Shown piece by piece: positions 1-11,500 of a stretch of 64,000 bases of DNA. The position numbers were made by a program, and so were the translations under genes. The stretch is from Eledone cirrhosa (lineage: Eukaryota). Where the stretch lies: positions 25,296,001 to 25,360,000 of the forward strand of contig OZ024758.1 of NCBI GenBank assembly GCA_964016885.1. The letters run 5' to 3'. Below the pieces are notes generated by a model. That model saw nothing but the letters and a program-made list of their open reading frames with translations. It was not told the DNA's origin and made no database searches. Within the stretch, counting starts at the first letter, position 1. The number at the start of each line of letters is the position of its first letter.

Positions 1-392
1 ATCATCATCATCATCATCATCATTTTACGTCTGCTTTTCCCTGCTTGCAAGGGTGGGACGGGTCTTATTCAGCACAGCATCTCTCCACTCGTCACGGTCC
101 CTCGTCATCTCCACCGTGAGCTTCAATGATCTGAGGTCTGTTCTCATCACCTCCGCCCATGTTTTTCGTGGTCTACCTCTACCACGTCTTCCTTCAACTG
201 GCATTTCCTGGCACTTCTTCACCCATCGGTCATCCTCCATGCGCATCACATGTCCATACCACTTCAGTCTCCTCTCCCGTACACTACATTCTATCCCTCT
301 CAGACACAGTTTCTCTCTCAACACATTTATGCTGGGTTGTTCACGCACATTTACACTGCACATCCAACGGAGCATGCTTGCCTCATTTCTCT

Positions 393-394
<2 letters not shown>
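1..394 (-). mobile_element. RTE LINE 3' fragment (family 1) with (GAT)n tail
   Basis: Near-identical reverse complement of ~19070-19463; ORF 25..396 matches the C-terminus of the 893-aa ORF (ERNEASMLRWMCSVNV...RGRGRPRKTW...LASREK). Confidence 0.95.
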
Positions 395-437
<43 letters not shown>

Positions 438-439
438 CA

Positions 440-911
440 AGTGGAGGCTTAGTAAAATCGAAGCTTTGACTGTGGCCAAGCTAACGACCTAAAATTAGGA
501 ATGAGTAGCAAAACACTCAATAAAGTCAGGCCTTAGAGTAATAACATACGTTTAGACAGCTTAACAAATTGAAAATTGCGGCAGGCAGAGCTAGCCACAC
601 AATACCAAAACCAACGAAGAAACTAATCAGGTTAAACAACTGACCTGGACATATTGAACGATATTTTGCAATACGTTCGATAGGTTTCTATGAATCCGAA
701 ATGATCCATCCTGCTTACGTAATATGTAAGCCTGTGGTATTCCACACAGGATTCATGTCTTCAACAGGAAATTTTGTTCTATGCCTCAAGCCGGTGTGAA
801 CTGGAACACTGAACTGCTATCGTTTGTAGCTCCCAGTGTTTCACTGTCATGTGTTATTTCCAACAAGGGAAGTAACCCCCGCTTTTTGGCGGGTAAATTC
901 AAAGTGTGAAC
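440..911 (-). mobile_element. PLE-type hammerhead module inserted in (TA)n
   Basis: TA tracts on both sides; degenerate HHR at 644-768 and ACTC..GAGT motif at 513-540. Confidence 0.55.
644..768 (-). ncRNA. degenerate type-I hammerhead ribozyme
   Basis: Minus strand: cctg TTGAAGA c-atgaatcc...ggattcat-a GAAA cctatcgaacg...cgttcaatatg TC cagg. Stems I, II and III pair; the core has an uncompensated C3U. Confidence 0.5.
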
Positions 912-947
912 ATATATATATATATAAACATATATATATATATATAT

Positions 948-1293
948 GGAGGCACATGGCTTAGTGGTTAGAGCATTGGCCTTGCAATCGAAAGGTTGTG
1001 TGTTCAATTCTCAGACCGGGTGATGTGTTGTTTCCTTGAGCAAGACACTTTATTTCACATTGCTCCAGTTTACTCAACTGTAGAAATGAGATGATAGGGA
1101 CTGGGGTCCCTATCATTCCACTGCAAAGTGGTCGTGGAGGTGCCACGGCAAAAAAGCACTCAGCACTTACTGTAAATGAGGTTGGTATTAGGAAGGGCAT
1201 CCAGCTGTAGAAATCAAGCCAGAATCAGTTCCCGTCCCACCCTTGCAAGCAAGGAAAAAGCGGACGTAAAATGAAATGATGATGAAATGATGA
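948..1293 (+). mobile_element. tRNA-derived SINE family A (CORE-like body, RTE-derived tail)
   Basis: A-box TGGCTTAGTGG, B-box GTTCAATTC, CORE-like ccttgagcaagacacttt...ctgtagaaatg; 3' end matches LINE 19401-19463 plus (GAT)n. Confidence 0.9.
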
Positions 1294-1465
1294 TATATAT
1301 ATGTGTTTTTAATTTGTTTTGTGAGATTTCTTATCTGAAAACGTGTGTTGAAACAGATATTGTTATACTTTGGCCGGGTCATGAGTGTGTTTTTATTGGC
1401 AGCGTGACCCTCCCAAAGTATAACAATATATATATATAGAAATGTATATATATATATATATATAT

Positions 1466-1640
1466 ATGCGAGTCGGCTGAGAAGTTCATAAGCTGACCAA
1501 GATACTCTCATGAGATGACCAAATGAGGTTATATATTTCAACATAGTTCCTGAAAAGAAACAATGTAGTTATTAATAAATCTCATTTGATCATTCCCTGA
1601 GAATATTTTGGCCAGCCTATGAACTTTTCAGCCGACCCCC
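1466..1640. mobile_element. mariner-type MITE
   Basis: Inverted ends gtcggctgagaagttcataagctg / cagcctatgaacttttcagccgac; related copies at 20805-20999, 44287-44488 and 46122-46250. Confidence 0.7.
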
Positions 1641-1976
1641 CCCCCCGACCCTCAACTGACTTGGACCCTTGTATTCTATAGACTCTGCCAATTGGCCATA
1701 AGATTTATGACAATACCACTAGAGCCCCCTATCAACAGAACCACTTATTTTGTTGTTATTGCTAAACATCTACAGAGAAGATGCTACTTCCTGCTTCCTT
1801 AGCACCACATTTTCATCTGGTAACCTACCCCCACTCCGCCCCTTGTCAACACCCCCCACCCCCCCCCCCCCCCACCCCCACGCCACGCCCCACCCACCCC
1901 AACCCCCCGAGCTTTTTTTTTATAAGATTAAAAAAAAAAAAAAAATCAAACTGAAAGTGGTTGTAGCAGTTATACT

Positions 1977-2663
1977 GTTGATGATGATGATGATGATGAT
2001 GACAGCGGTGCTGATCTGTGGTGGTGGTGGTGGTGGTGGTGGTGGTGATTGGTTGAGGTGATGATGGAGGTGGTTGTGGTGGTGGTAGTGGCGGTGGTGG
2101 TGGTGGTGGTGGTGGTGGGGGTGGGGGGTTGTAGTTGAGGTGGTGTGGTGGGTGGGGGGGGTAATTGATTGTGGTGATTGTGGTGGTTGAGGTGGTGGTG
2201 GTGGTGGGGGATGGGGGTGACGGTTGTAGTTGAGGTGGTGTGGTGGCGGTGGGGGTGATGGTTGAGGTGGTGGTGTGTGGGGGGCTGATGGTTTTGGTGT
2301 GTGTGTGGGGGGGATGGCTGGGTGGTGGTGGTGGTGGTGGTGGTGGTGGTTGAGGGGGGGGGGGGTAATTGATTGTGGTGATTGTGGTGGTTGAGGTGGT
2401 GGTGGTGGTGGCGGTGGGGGTGATGGTTGAGGTGGTGGTGTGTGGGGGGGCTGATGGTTGTGGTGGTGGTTTTGGTGTGTGTGGGGGGGGATGGCTGGGT
2501 GGTGGTGGTGGTGGTGGTGGTGGTGAAGGTTGGAATGGGGGGGGGTTGATTGTGGTGGTTGTGGTGGTTGAGGTGGTTGTCATGGTGGTGGTGGCGGCGG
2601 CGGTGGTGGTGGTGGTGGTAATGATTGTAGCAGCGATTATGCTGACAGTGATAGTGATTGTGG

Positions 2664-2701
<38 letters not shown>

Positions 2702-2770
2702 CTAATCATTATAATGATGATGATGATGATGATGATGATGACAATAATGATGATGATAGTTATGATAATC
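1977..2770. repeat. compound (GAT)n/(GGT)n microsatellite with internal duplication
   Basis: Directly visible trinucleotide runs. Confidence 0.95.
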
Positions 2771-2975
2771 ATGATATTTCTTACAACCACATCCTTTTAT
2801 TTCTTTTATACTTTTAACATTTCTCTTCTAAAATGGTTCTTTCTGTCAGTTTCTATATTTTATGATATAGTTTTTATCTCAACTGTCTCAACTGCCACTT
2901 AGTTTAGAGTTAGATGTGGGGAAAGAATTCCACCAAACTGAATATATATATATATAGACACACACACACACACAC

Positions 2976-3370
2976 ATCATCATCATCATCATCATTTTAC
3001 GTCCGCTTTTCCCTGCTTGCAAGGGTGGGACGGGTCTTATTCAGCACAGCATCTCTCCACTCGTCACAGTCCTTCGTCATCTCCACCGTGAGCTTCAATG
3101 ATCTGAGGTCTGTTCTCACCACCTCCGCCCATGTTTTTCGTGGTCTACCTCTACGACGTCTTCCTTCAACTGGCATTTCCTGGCACTTCTTCACCCATCG
3201 GTCATCCTCCATGCGCATCACATGTCCATACCACCTCAGTCTCCTCTCCTGTACACTACATTCTATCCCTCTCAGACACAGTTTCTCTCTAAACACATTT
3301 ATGCTGGGTCGTTCACGCACATTTACACTGCACATCCAACGGAGCATGCTTGCCTCATTTCTCTCCAGCC
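2976..3370 (-). mobile_element. RTE LINE 3' fragment (family 1)
   Basis: Near-identical reverse complement of ~19065-19463 with (ATC)n tail. Confidence 0.95.
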
Positions 3371-3377
3371 TATATAT

Positions 3378-3712
3378 GTAGGAGGTGAGTAATATTGTAG
3401 AACAATAAAACTATGCATATATCAGATAAGCAGCACTCAACAGTTGGTAGAACTGGAGTATATATAAAGAAGAAATTAAAAGATGGTTAAAAATGTTCCA
3501 TATATTTTATTATGCGCATTTCGAAAACAATATCATCCTGGGACAAAAATTGTGTTCTCATCAGAAAATAAGGTAAGATGATATGAGGTCTAAACACACT
3601 TGTGAACAAGAAATTAAAAGATGGTTAAAAAAGTTCCACATATTGTTTTCGAAATGCGCATAATAAAATATATGGAACTTTTTTAACCATCTTTTAATTT
3701 CTTCTTCATATA
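3378..3712 (-). mobile_element. PLE-type hammerhead module with inverted duplication
   Basis: Minus-strand CTGATGA gaacacaat...attgttttc GAAA tgcgca TA (3504-3571, weak stem I); segments re-occur inverted at 3640-3706; same head sequence at 15627-15735. Confidence 0.6.
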
Positions 3713-3777
3713 TATGCAGAGGTTATATTTAATTTGTTGGGATTCAACAAGCTTAAACATTTTTTTTATAACTGATA

Positions 3778-3984
3778 TCATCATCATCATCATCATCACC
3801 GTTTTACGTCCGTTCTTCCACGCTAGCATGGGTTAGACAGGTTGTCCTGTTGTGGGCAGTGTCTGGTCGGCTGACCTTGTCTTACTCATACAGGAATTGA
3901 TTTGGCTTGATTTCTACAGCTGGATGCCCTTCCTAACACCAACCTCATTTACAGTGAGTGCTGGGTGCTTTTTCGTGGCACCTA
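3778..3984 (-). mobile_element. SINE A subfamily, 3' part with alternative RTE-type tail
   Basis: Shares the ggaagggcatccagctgtagaaatc body; tail gtctaacccatgctagcgtggaagaacggacgtaaaac(GAT)n; also at 31255-31525 and 41597-41964. Confidence 0.85.
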
Positions 3985-4460
3985 CAAAGCATTCAACAGA
4001 TTAGTGGAGTAAATACACAATATATTAATAAATGGAAACTATATTTATAAAACCATATTTATTTTATTAAAAAAGGAAGCTCCAACCGTTAAGGTTGTCT
4101 TTTTTTTCCGGGTATGTCAATATTTATTTATAAAGCAAATCTGTATTTTATCTGATGAAAGCGCACCATAATTTGCCTTGGTTGCCCTTCAAATATGTAT
4201 AATAAAATAAATATGGTTTTATAAATATAGTTTCCATTTATTAATATATTGTATATATATATATATATATATATACACTTGATCACAAGCAGCAAAACAG
4301 TTTCAGAGGTTTCCTTTCTAATCTTAATGTTTGCTCCAAAGTGTGTATATATAAAGCATTTTGTCAGGATATATATAAGCAGAAGGGATATTCAATTTGT
4401 TGGTAATTCAAGAAATATAATTGTCCCTTGGATATGTCAAAATTTATAAAACGCACTTTG

Positions 4461-4522
4461 TATTTTATTTGATAAAAGTGTACCAAATTTTTTGGTACCC
4501 TTGAAATATATGTAATAGAATA
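4461..4522 (+). ncRNA. type-I hammerhead ribozyme, U3-A8 core variant
   Basis: tattttat TTGATAA aagtgtaccaa-attt-ttggtaccctt GAAA tatatg TA atagaata; the sister copy at 4144 has CTGATGA (but CAAA in place of GAAA). Confidence 0.6.
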
Positions 4523-4567
4523 AATATGGTTTTATAAATATAGTTTCCATTTATTTAATATCATTGT

Positions 4568-4607
<40 letters not shown>

Positions 4608-4610
<3 letters not shown>

Positions 4611-4961
4611 ATTCCGGGTTGAATCGGAGGTAACCACAGTAAGTAAGGTACTCAATACATAGCAGAGTATAAAAGTTTGAATATAGATGAGATTCTACAG
4701 GACTAGAACTGTTTCATTCTTTAGAAATCATCAGGAATCTGGCTGTCCAGATTCCTGATGATTTCTAAAGAATGAAACAGTTCTAGTCCTGTAGAATCTC
4801 ATCTATATATATATATATATATATATAGGTAAGTTATTCCGGGTTGAATCGGAGGTAACCACAGTAAGTAAGGTACTCAATACATAGCAGAGTATAAACC
4901 TGATGATTTCTAAAGAATGAAACGAAACAGTTCTAGTCATGTAGAATGTCATCTATATTAA

Positions 4962-4965
<4 letters not shown>
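4608..4965. mobile_element. PLE-type hammerhead module: palindrome 4681-4808 plus partial tandem copy
   Basis: 62-bp arms with a 4-nt spacer; the head sequence gttattccgggttgaatcggagg repeats at ~4833; (TA)n flanks. Confidence 0.7.
4749..4799 (+). ncRNA. type-I hammerhead ribozyme (mirror copy on minus strand at 4690-4740)
   Basis: agattc CTGATGA tttctaaagaat GAAA cag-ttctagtc-ctg TA gaatct; stem I is 6 bp perfect, stem II is imperfect at its base. Confidence 0.65.
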
Positions 4966-4999
<34 letters not shown>

Positions 5000-5038
5000 G
5001 TCGTGTAGACGCGTTCTTGAGACTAGTAAAATGAGGTA

Positions 5039-5126
5039 TCCTCTTGATAAGTCGGCAGACCTCGCAAGGACTCTATATCTTTGATATATTGTTTTTGTTT
5101 ATGCCACGAAACTACGTAGTCGAGGA
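5039..5126 (+). ncRNA. type-I hammerhead ribozyme, U3-A8 core, palindromic stem III
   Basis: tcctc TTGATAA gtcggca...tgccac GAAA ctacgtag TC gagga; predicted cleavage after GUC at 5121. Confidence 0.7.
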
Positions 5127-5629
5127 ATTTAGGAACAGTTTAGGTATGATACATTTTATTACTAATTATATCTAAATGTTTCTTCTCTCTTCATAATGTA
5201 TTTTTAACTCTGATACTGGTTCAGTCTGGTTCAAACTGAATTAGTCTGTCCCAGTCATTCATTGAGCAACATCGGTGAAGTTGGCACCCTTAACTCACAG
5301 TTGGGTGCGGGTGCATTCATGTATATATGTGTGTGTCCGCATGTATCTGTGTGTTTCTAAATATATTAATAACTCCCTCTGGTCGAGCAATCTTTGAAGT
5401 GTGGGGACAACTGGAAAGCTTCCATTACTCATACTTCTCGCCTTCTTCACTACCTCTTCTACGGCCTCGATATGAATGCCCCCTCCCCCTCCGTGGTATT
5501 TTCTTCGTGGTTATAAGAGGCTTAGCTCTGTTTCTCGACCGTTATATCGCGTGACTGTCTCCCCCTCCGCCTTTTGGGATTCTTTCTCACGTCGTGTAGA
5601 CGCGTTCTTGAGACTAGTAAAATGAGGTA

Positions 5630-5717
5630 TCCTCTTGATAAGTCGGCAGACCTCGCAAGGACTCTATATCTTTGATATATTGTTTTTGTTTATGCCACGA
5701 AACTACGTAGTCGAGGA
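5630..5717 (+). ncRNA. second identical hammerhead of the tandem
   Basis: Same sequence 591 nt downstream; GUC at 5710-5712. Confidence 0.7.
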
Positions 5718-5815
5718 ATTTAGGAACAGTTTAGGTATGATACATTTTATTACTAATTATATCTAAATGTTTCTTCTCTCTTCATAATGTATATATATAT
5801 ATATGTATATTTATT

Positions 5816-5854
<39 letters not shown>

Positions 5855-5870
5855 TAATTTTACATATATG

Positions 5871-5902
<32 letters not shown>

Positions 5903-5984
5903 TTGTTTTGCAAGGTTTTGGATATGAAATTGTGGGGAGGGTCATTTTGTTGTAATAATATTGCCAGAAATAATAACAGAACAT

Positions 5985-6326
5985 GGAGGCACATGGCTTA
6001 GTGGTTAGAGCATTGGCCTTGCAATCAAAAGGTTGTGAGTTCAATTCTCAGACCGGATGATGTGTTGTTTCCTTGAGAAAGACACTTTATTTCACATTGC
6101 TCCAGTTTACTCAGCTGTAGAAAGGAAATGATAGGGACTGGGGTCCATATCATTCCACTGTAAAGTGGTCATGGAGGTGCCACGGCAAAAAAGCACCCAG
6201 CACTCACTGTAAATGAGGTTGGTGTTAGGAAGGGCATCCAGCTGTAGAAATCAAGCCAAAATCAGTTCCCGTCCCACCCTTGCAAGCAGGGAAAAGTGGA
6301 CGTAAAATGAAATGATGATGATGATG
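5985..6326 (+). mobile_element. SINE family A
   Basis: Full copy similar to 948-1293. Confidence 0.9.
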
Positions 6327-6869
6327 AATGAACACACTCACTGTTTGGTTGGTTTTCACTTCTGTATCTTTTATATCTCCACAGTTAATTTATTCGGTCC
6401 TCAATGTTTACCATTGACTGACCAACGGTAAAAAATACAGATATAAATATAGACACAAACACATATATATATATATATATATATAGTCTAACAAAGTTCT
6501 TTCGTTGCACATCTGCAACATCATCAGTGGTACTATTATGTTCCTCCTGTTGTATTGTATGTCTACACCATATTTATTTATATATTTATATATATATGTA
6601 TACAGTTGTGTTTATCATCATTATCATCACTGCTCTCACCATTGAAATGATGATGATGATGCTGATGATGAGGAGGAGGAGGAAGAGGTGGAGGATGAGG
6701 AGGAGGAAGAGGTGTAAGAGGAGGGGGGGGGGGGGGTGAAGAGGAAGACAGTGAAAGTGGTTATTTTAATGATAAATAAAAAGAGCAAGAGGATGTAGAT
6801 GAAGATAATTGTTTCTACTTTTGGCACAAGGCCAGCAATTAAGAAAGAAAATTATAGCTCAAGATTTAA

Positions 6870-7614
6870 CCCTTTAGCATTCACATTACTCTATATATAC
6901 TATTATATTTTCATGGTAAAGGCTTTATCTCACATAATTATCTCAGATAACATTTACATTACTCTATATATACTATTATATTTTCATGGTAAAGGCTTTA
7001 CCTCTCATAATTATCTCACATAATATCTCACAGGGCGGTGGATTAGCAGTATCGGTAGAGGGTCGGACGCCATGCTTTCCAGCATAGTTACGTCCCTTTA
7101 CGATCTGAGTTCAAATCCCGCCGAGGTTGACTTTGCCTTTCATCCTTACGGGGTCGATAAAATAAAGTACCACTAATGCACTGGGTAATTGCTGGCCTTG
7201 TGCCTAAAGAAGAAACAATTATATCTCACATAGCATTTACATTACTCTATATATACCATTATATTTTCAGGGTGGTGGATTGGCAGTATCGGTAGAGGGT
7301 CGGACGCCATGCTTTCCAGCATAGTTACGTCCCTTTACGGACTCAGTTCAAATCCCGCTGAGGTTAACTTTGCCTTTCATCCTTACGGGGTCGATAAAAT
7401 AAAGTACCAGTAATACACTGGGGTAATTGCTGGCCTTGTGCCAAATGTAGAAACAATTATAATTATCTCACATAATATCGAATCTATGAGATTTTGAAAG
7501 GACTTATTTTTAGAACAATACCTTAACATCAGTTTGAGCGACCAGTTACAGCCAGTTTCAACAGAAATAGATGGAGAATTCTGGCCGGTTTTCGCCGGTT
7601 TGAACATTAAAGGG
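6870..7614 (+). mobile_element. piggyBac-type MITE containing two SINE B insertions
   Basis: TTAA|CCCTTT...AAAGGG|TTAA ends; SINE B copies at ~7031-7220 and ~7270-7461 interrupt the ~220-bp consensus. Confidence 0.85.
7031..7220 (+). mobile_element. tRNA-derived SINE family B (Meta-domain-like core), representative copy
   Basis: A-box-like tggcagtatcgg (tagcagtatcgg in this copy), B-box GAGTTCAAATCC, core gcctttcatccttacggggtcgataaaataaagtacc. About 20 full or partial copies, e.g. 7955-8150, 8163-8383, 16325-16516, 25052-25240, 26838-27395, 34244-34438, 36436-36620, 43750-44111, 47078-47292, 51566-51753, 62214-62390. Confidence 0.85.
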
Positions 7615-7954
7615 TTAAGGTCACAAAATATTGTAGATCTGTCTATATGCCATCTTTTTCCTCCTCATCATAATATATGTTTTTCAAGGTTACCATAAGA
7701 TGAACAATATGCCATACAGCATATTGGTTTTCATTTCTTATCTTTTGTCATCTCTCTCATGAGGTTCGTATCCTGAGCTCTAAGTTCACAATTTTGTCTT
7801 GCTATATCTTTCTTGATCTTCCTTGTCCATGTACCTTATCATTAGTTCTCATCTGTCTATACCAACAATCATTTCCTTCTACACACTTTCACTGATCACT
7901 CTCTCACCACTTGTGCTCTGCATTTCATGCAGTCTTACATTATTTATGTGAAGG

Positions 7955-8895
7955 AGGATGGTGGATTGGCAGTATCGGTAGAGGGTCGGACGCCATGCTT
8001 TGACACATAGAGTTACGGCCCTTTCCATTCTGAGTTCAAATCCCGCCGAGGTTAACTTTGCCTTTCATCCTTACGAGGGTCGATAAAATAAAGTACCAGT
8101 AATACACCGGGGTAATTGCTGGCCTTGTGCCAAAAAGTAGAAACAATTATTTACGTGAAGGAGGGCGGTGGATTGGCAGTATCAGTAGAGAGTCGGACAC
8201 CATGCTTTGCAGCATAAAGTTACGGCCCTTTGCGGTATGAGTTCAAATCCTGCCAAGGTTAACTTTGCCTTTCATCCTTATGGGGTTGATAAAATAAAGT
8301 ACCAGTCACACACTGGGGTCGATTTAATCGACTTTCCTATCCCCCAAAATTGCTGGCCTTGTACTTATATAAGAACCCATTATTTATGTGAAGGCACATG
8401 GCTTAGTGGTTAGAGCAGGTTGTGAGTTTGATTCTCCGACACGGTGATGCGTTGTGTCCTTGAGCTTTATTTCATGTTGCTCCAGTTTACTCAGCTGTAG
8501 AAATGAGTTGCGATGTCACTGGTGCCAAGCTGTATCGGCCATTGCCTTTCCCTTGGACATCATTGGTGGTGTGTAGAGGGGAGGCTTTCATCCTTACGGG
8601 GTCGATAAAATAAAGTACCAGTAATACACTGGGTAATTGCTGGCCTTGTGCCAAAAGTAGAAACAATTATTTATCTAATGGATTGGCAGTATAAGTTGAG
8701 CATTAGACACGATGCTTCGTGGCATAGAGTTACAGCCATTTACGTTTTGAGTTTAAATCCCGTCGGGGTTAGCTTTGCTTTTCATCTTTATGGAGTTGAT
8801 AAAATAAAGTACCAGTCACATACTGGGGTTGATTTAATCAACTTTCCCCTCCCCTAAAATGTCTGGCCTTGTGCCTATAGTAGAAACCAATATTT
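7955..8895 (+). mobile_element. head-to-tail cluster of SINE B and SINE A-like copies
   Basis: Four SINE B copies or pieces and one CORE-like SINE (8389-8582) in the same orientation. Confidence 0.8.
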
Positions 8896-8950
8896 ATCCA
8901 ACGAACAGACATAATATAGGTTAGAGAAGACTCTCTAGTCTGGCTGAACA

Positions 8951-9501
8951 TATGACAACCTCTCTAGTGCTGGAGTTATGACAACCTCTCTAGTGCTGGA
9001 GTTACGACAACCTCTCTAGTGCTGGAGTTATGACAACCTCTCTAGTGCTGGAGTTACGACAACCTCTCTAGTGCTGGAGTTACGACAACCTCTCTAGTGC
9101 TGGAGTTACGACAACCTCTCTAGTGCTGGAGTTATGACAACCTCTCTAGTGCTGGAGTTACGACAACCTCTCTAGTGCTGGAGTTATGACAACCTCTCTA
9201 GTGCTGGAGTTACGACAACCTCTCTAGTGCTGGAGTTATGACAACCTCTCTAGTGCTGGAGTTATGACAACCTCTCTAGTGCTGGAGTTATGACAACCTC
9301 TCTAGTGCTGGAGTTACAACAACCTCTCTAGTGCTGGAGTTATGACAACCTCTCTAGTGCTGGAGTTATGACAACCTCTCTAGTGCTGGAGTTACAACAA
9401 CCTCTCTAGTGCTGGAGTTATGACAACCTCTCTAGTGCTGGAGTTATGACAACCTCTCTAGTGCTGGAGTTATGTCAACCTCTCTAGTGCTGGAGTTATG
9501 A
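8951..9501. repeat. 26-bp minisatellite, ~21 copies
   Basis: Unit acaacctctctagtgctggagttayg. Confidence 0.95.
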
Positions 9502-9894
9502 TATGGTTTACTCAGTATACTCTATGAAGTGTTATTACTGGTGTCACAATAAAATACACCCAGTACACTCTGTAAAGTGTTTGCAGTCTTAGTAACTATG
9601 GTATGTCAAATATAGAATACATTTTATTAATTAAATTGTATTATTACAATGACTAAAATATTTCTGTATAGCGAAAAGGGAAAAGAAAAGCTATTTAAAT
9701 AATCTACTTTATAACGGGAAGAGGGAAATGCTTGTCTGATGTTGTATAATATAAAAAGACTGACCCACCTGTAGAAACACTGCAACACAAAAGGTGAATG
9801 TAGAGAGAGGCCAGAGGTTATAGTGTTGGCAAACTGAGACAATGTTGGGTTTGAGAGGACTCTTTAATCTGGAAGAGATTGAGATAACCTCTCT

Positions 9895-11500
9895 ATTGCT
9901 GGTGCCATGCTGGAGCCATGTTAGGTGGTGCCATGCTGGAGCCATGTTAGGTGGTGCCATGATGGTTCCATGTTAGGTGGTACCATGATGGTGCCATGTT
10001 AGGTGGTGCCATGATAGTGCCGTGTTAGGTGGCGCCATGATGGTGCCAAGTTAGGTGGTGCCATGCTGGTGGTGCCATGTTACGTGGTGCCATGCTGGTG
10101 GTGCCATGATGGTGCCATGTTAGGTGGTGCCATGCTGGTGGTGCCATGTTAGGTGGTGCCATGCTGGTGGTGCCATGTTAGGTGGTGCCATGATGGTGCC
10201 ATGTTAGGTGGTGCCATGGTGGTGCCATGTTAGATGGTGCCATGTTAGGTGGTGCCATGATGGAGCTATGTTGCGATGACATGATAGAGTCATGTTGCTG
10301 GTGCCATGCTGGAGCCATGATAGTGGTGCCATGATAGAGCCATGTTGATGGTGCCATGCTGGAGCCATGTTAGGTGGTGCCATGATGGTGCCATGTTAGA
10401 TGGTGCCATGTTAGGTGGTGCCATGATGGAGCTATGTTGCGATGCCATGATAGAGTCATGTTGCTGGTGCCATGCTGGAGCCATGATAGTGGTGCCATGA
10501 TAGAGCCATGTTGATGGTGCCATGCTGGAGCCATGTTAGGTGGTGCCATGATGGTGCCATGTTAGGTGGTGCCATGATGGAGCTATGTTGCGATGCCATG
10601 ATAGAGTCATGTTGCTGGTGCCATGCTGGAGCCATGATAGTGGTGCCATGATAGAGCCATGTTGATGGTGCCATGCTGGAGCCATGTTAGGTGGTGCCAT
10701 GTTAGATGGTGCCATGTTAGGTGGTGCCATAATGGAGCTATGTTGCGATGCCATGATAGAGTCATGTTGCTGGTGCCATGCTGGAGCCATGATAGTGGTG
10801 CCATGATAGAGCCATGTTGATGGTGCCATGCTGGAGTCATGTTGCTGGTACCATACTGGAGCCATGGTGGTGGTGTCATGATGGAGCCATGCTGGTGCCA
10901 TGATGGTGCCATGCTGGTGTCATGATGGTGCCATGATGGAGTTATGTTGCGGTGCCATGCTAGAGCCATGTTGCTGGTGCCATGCTGGAGCCATGGTGGT
11001 AGTGCCATGATGGAACTATGTTGCAGTGCCATGCTGGAACCATGTTAGTGGTGCCATGCTGGAGCCATGTTGCTGGTGCCATGATAGAGCCATGTTGCTG
11101 GTGCCATGCTGGAGCCATGTTGCTGGTGCCATGCTGGAGACATGTTGATGGTGCCATGCTGGAGCAATGTTGCTGGTGCCATGCTGGAGCCTTGCTGGTG
11201 CCATGCTGGAGCCATGATGCTGCCATGCTGGAGACATGTTGCTGGTGCCATGCTGGAGCAATGTTGCTGGTACCATGATGGAGCAATGTTGCTGGTGTCA
11301 TGCTGGAGCCATGATGCTGCCATACTGGAGATATGTTGCTGGTGCCATGCTGGAGCCTTGCTGGTGCCATGCTGGAGACATGTTGCTGGTGCCATGCTGG
11401 AGACATGTTGATGGTGCCATGCTGGAGCAATGTTGCTGGTGCCATGCTGGAGCCTTGCTGGTGCCATGCTGGAGACATGTTGCTGGTGCTATGCTGGAGC
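9895..11500. repeat. complex satellite of 12/15-bp ggtgccatg-based units with ~150-166-bp higher-order repeat
   Basis: Units gctggtgccat/gttaggtggtgccat/gctggagccat; marker gagctatgttgcgatg recurs at 10263, 10429, 10580, 10735. Confidence 0.9.

Larger units (their letters stand above)
3716..4570. mobile_element. PLE-type hammerhead module(s) interrupted by a SINE fragment
   Basis: Same family as 44527-44700 and 45657-46088; HHR motifs at 4144-4209 and 4461-4522; SINE piece 3778-3984 sits inside. Confidence 0.65.
4997..5792 (+). mobile_element. retrozyme-like / non-autonomous PLE partial tandem, 591-bp unit, two HHRs
   Basis: 4997-5201 is repeated at 5588-5792; (TA)n on both sides; HHRs at 5039-5126 and 5630-5717. 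Confidence 0.75.

Noticed and set aside
948-1020. tRNA gene
   Set aside because: A/B boxes are SINE heads followed by SINE bodies; no proper cloverleaf.
8951-9501. CRISPR-like regular array (also 13029-13910, 37093-38101)
   Set aside because: No unique spacers, no cas genes, eukaryotic context.
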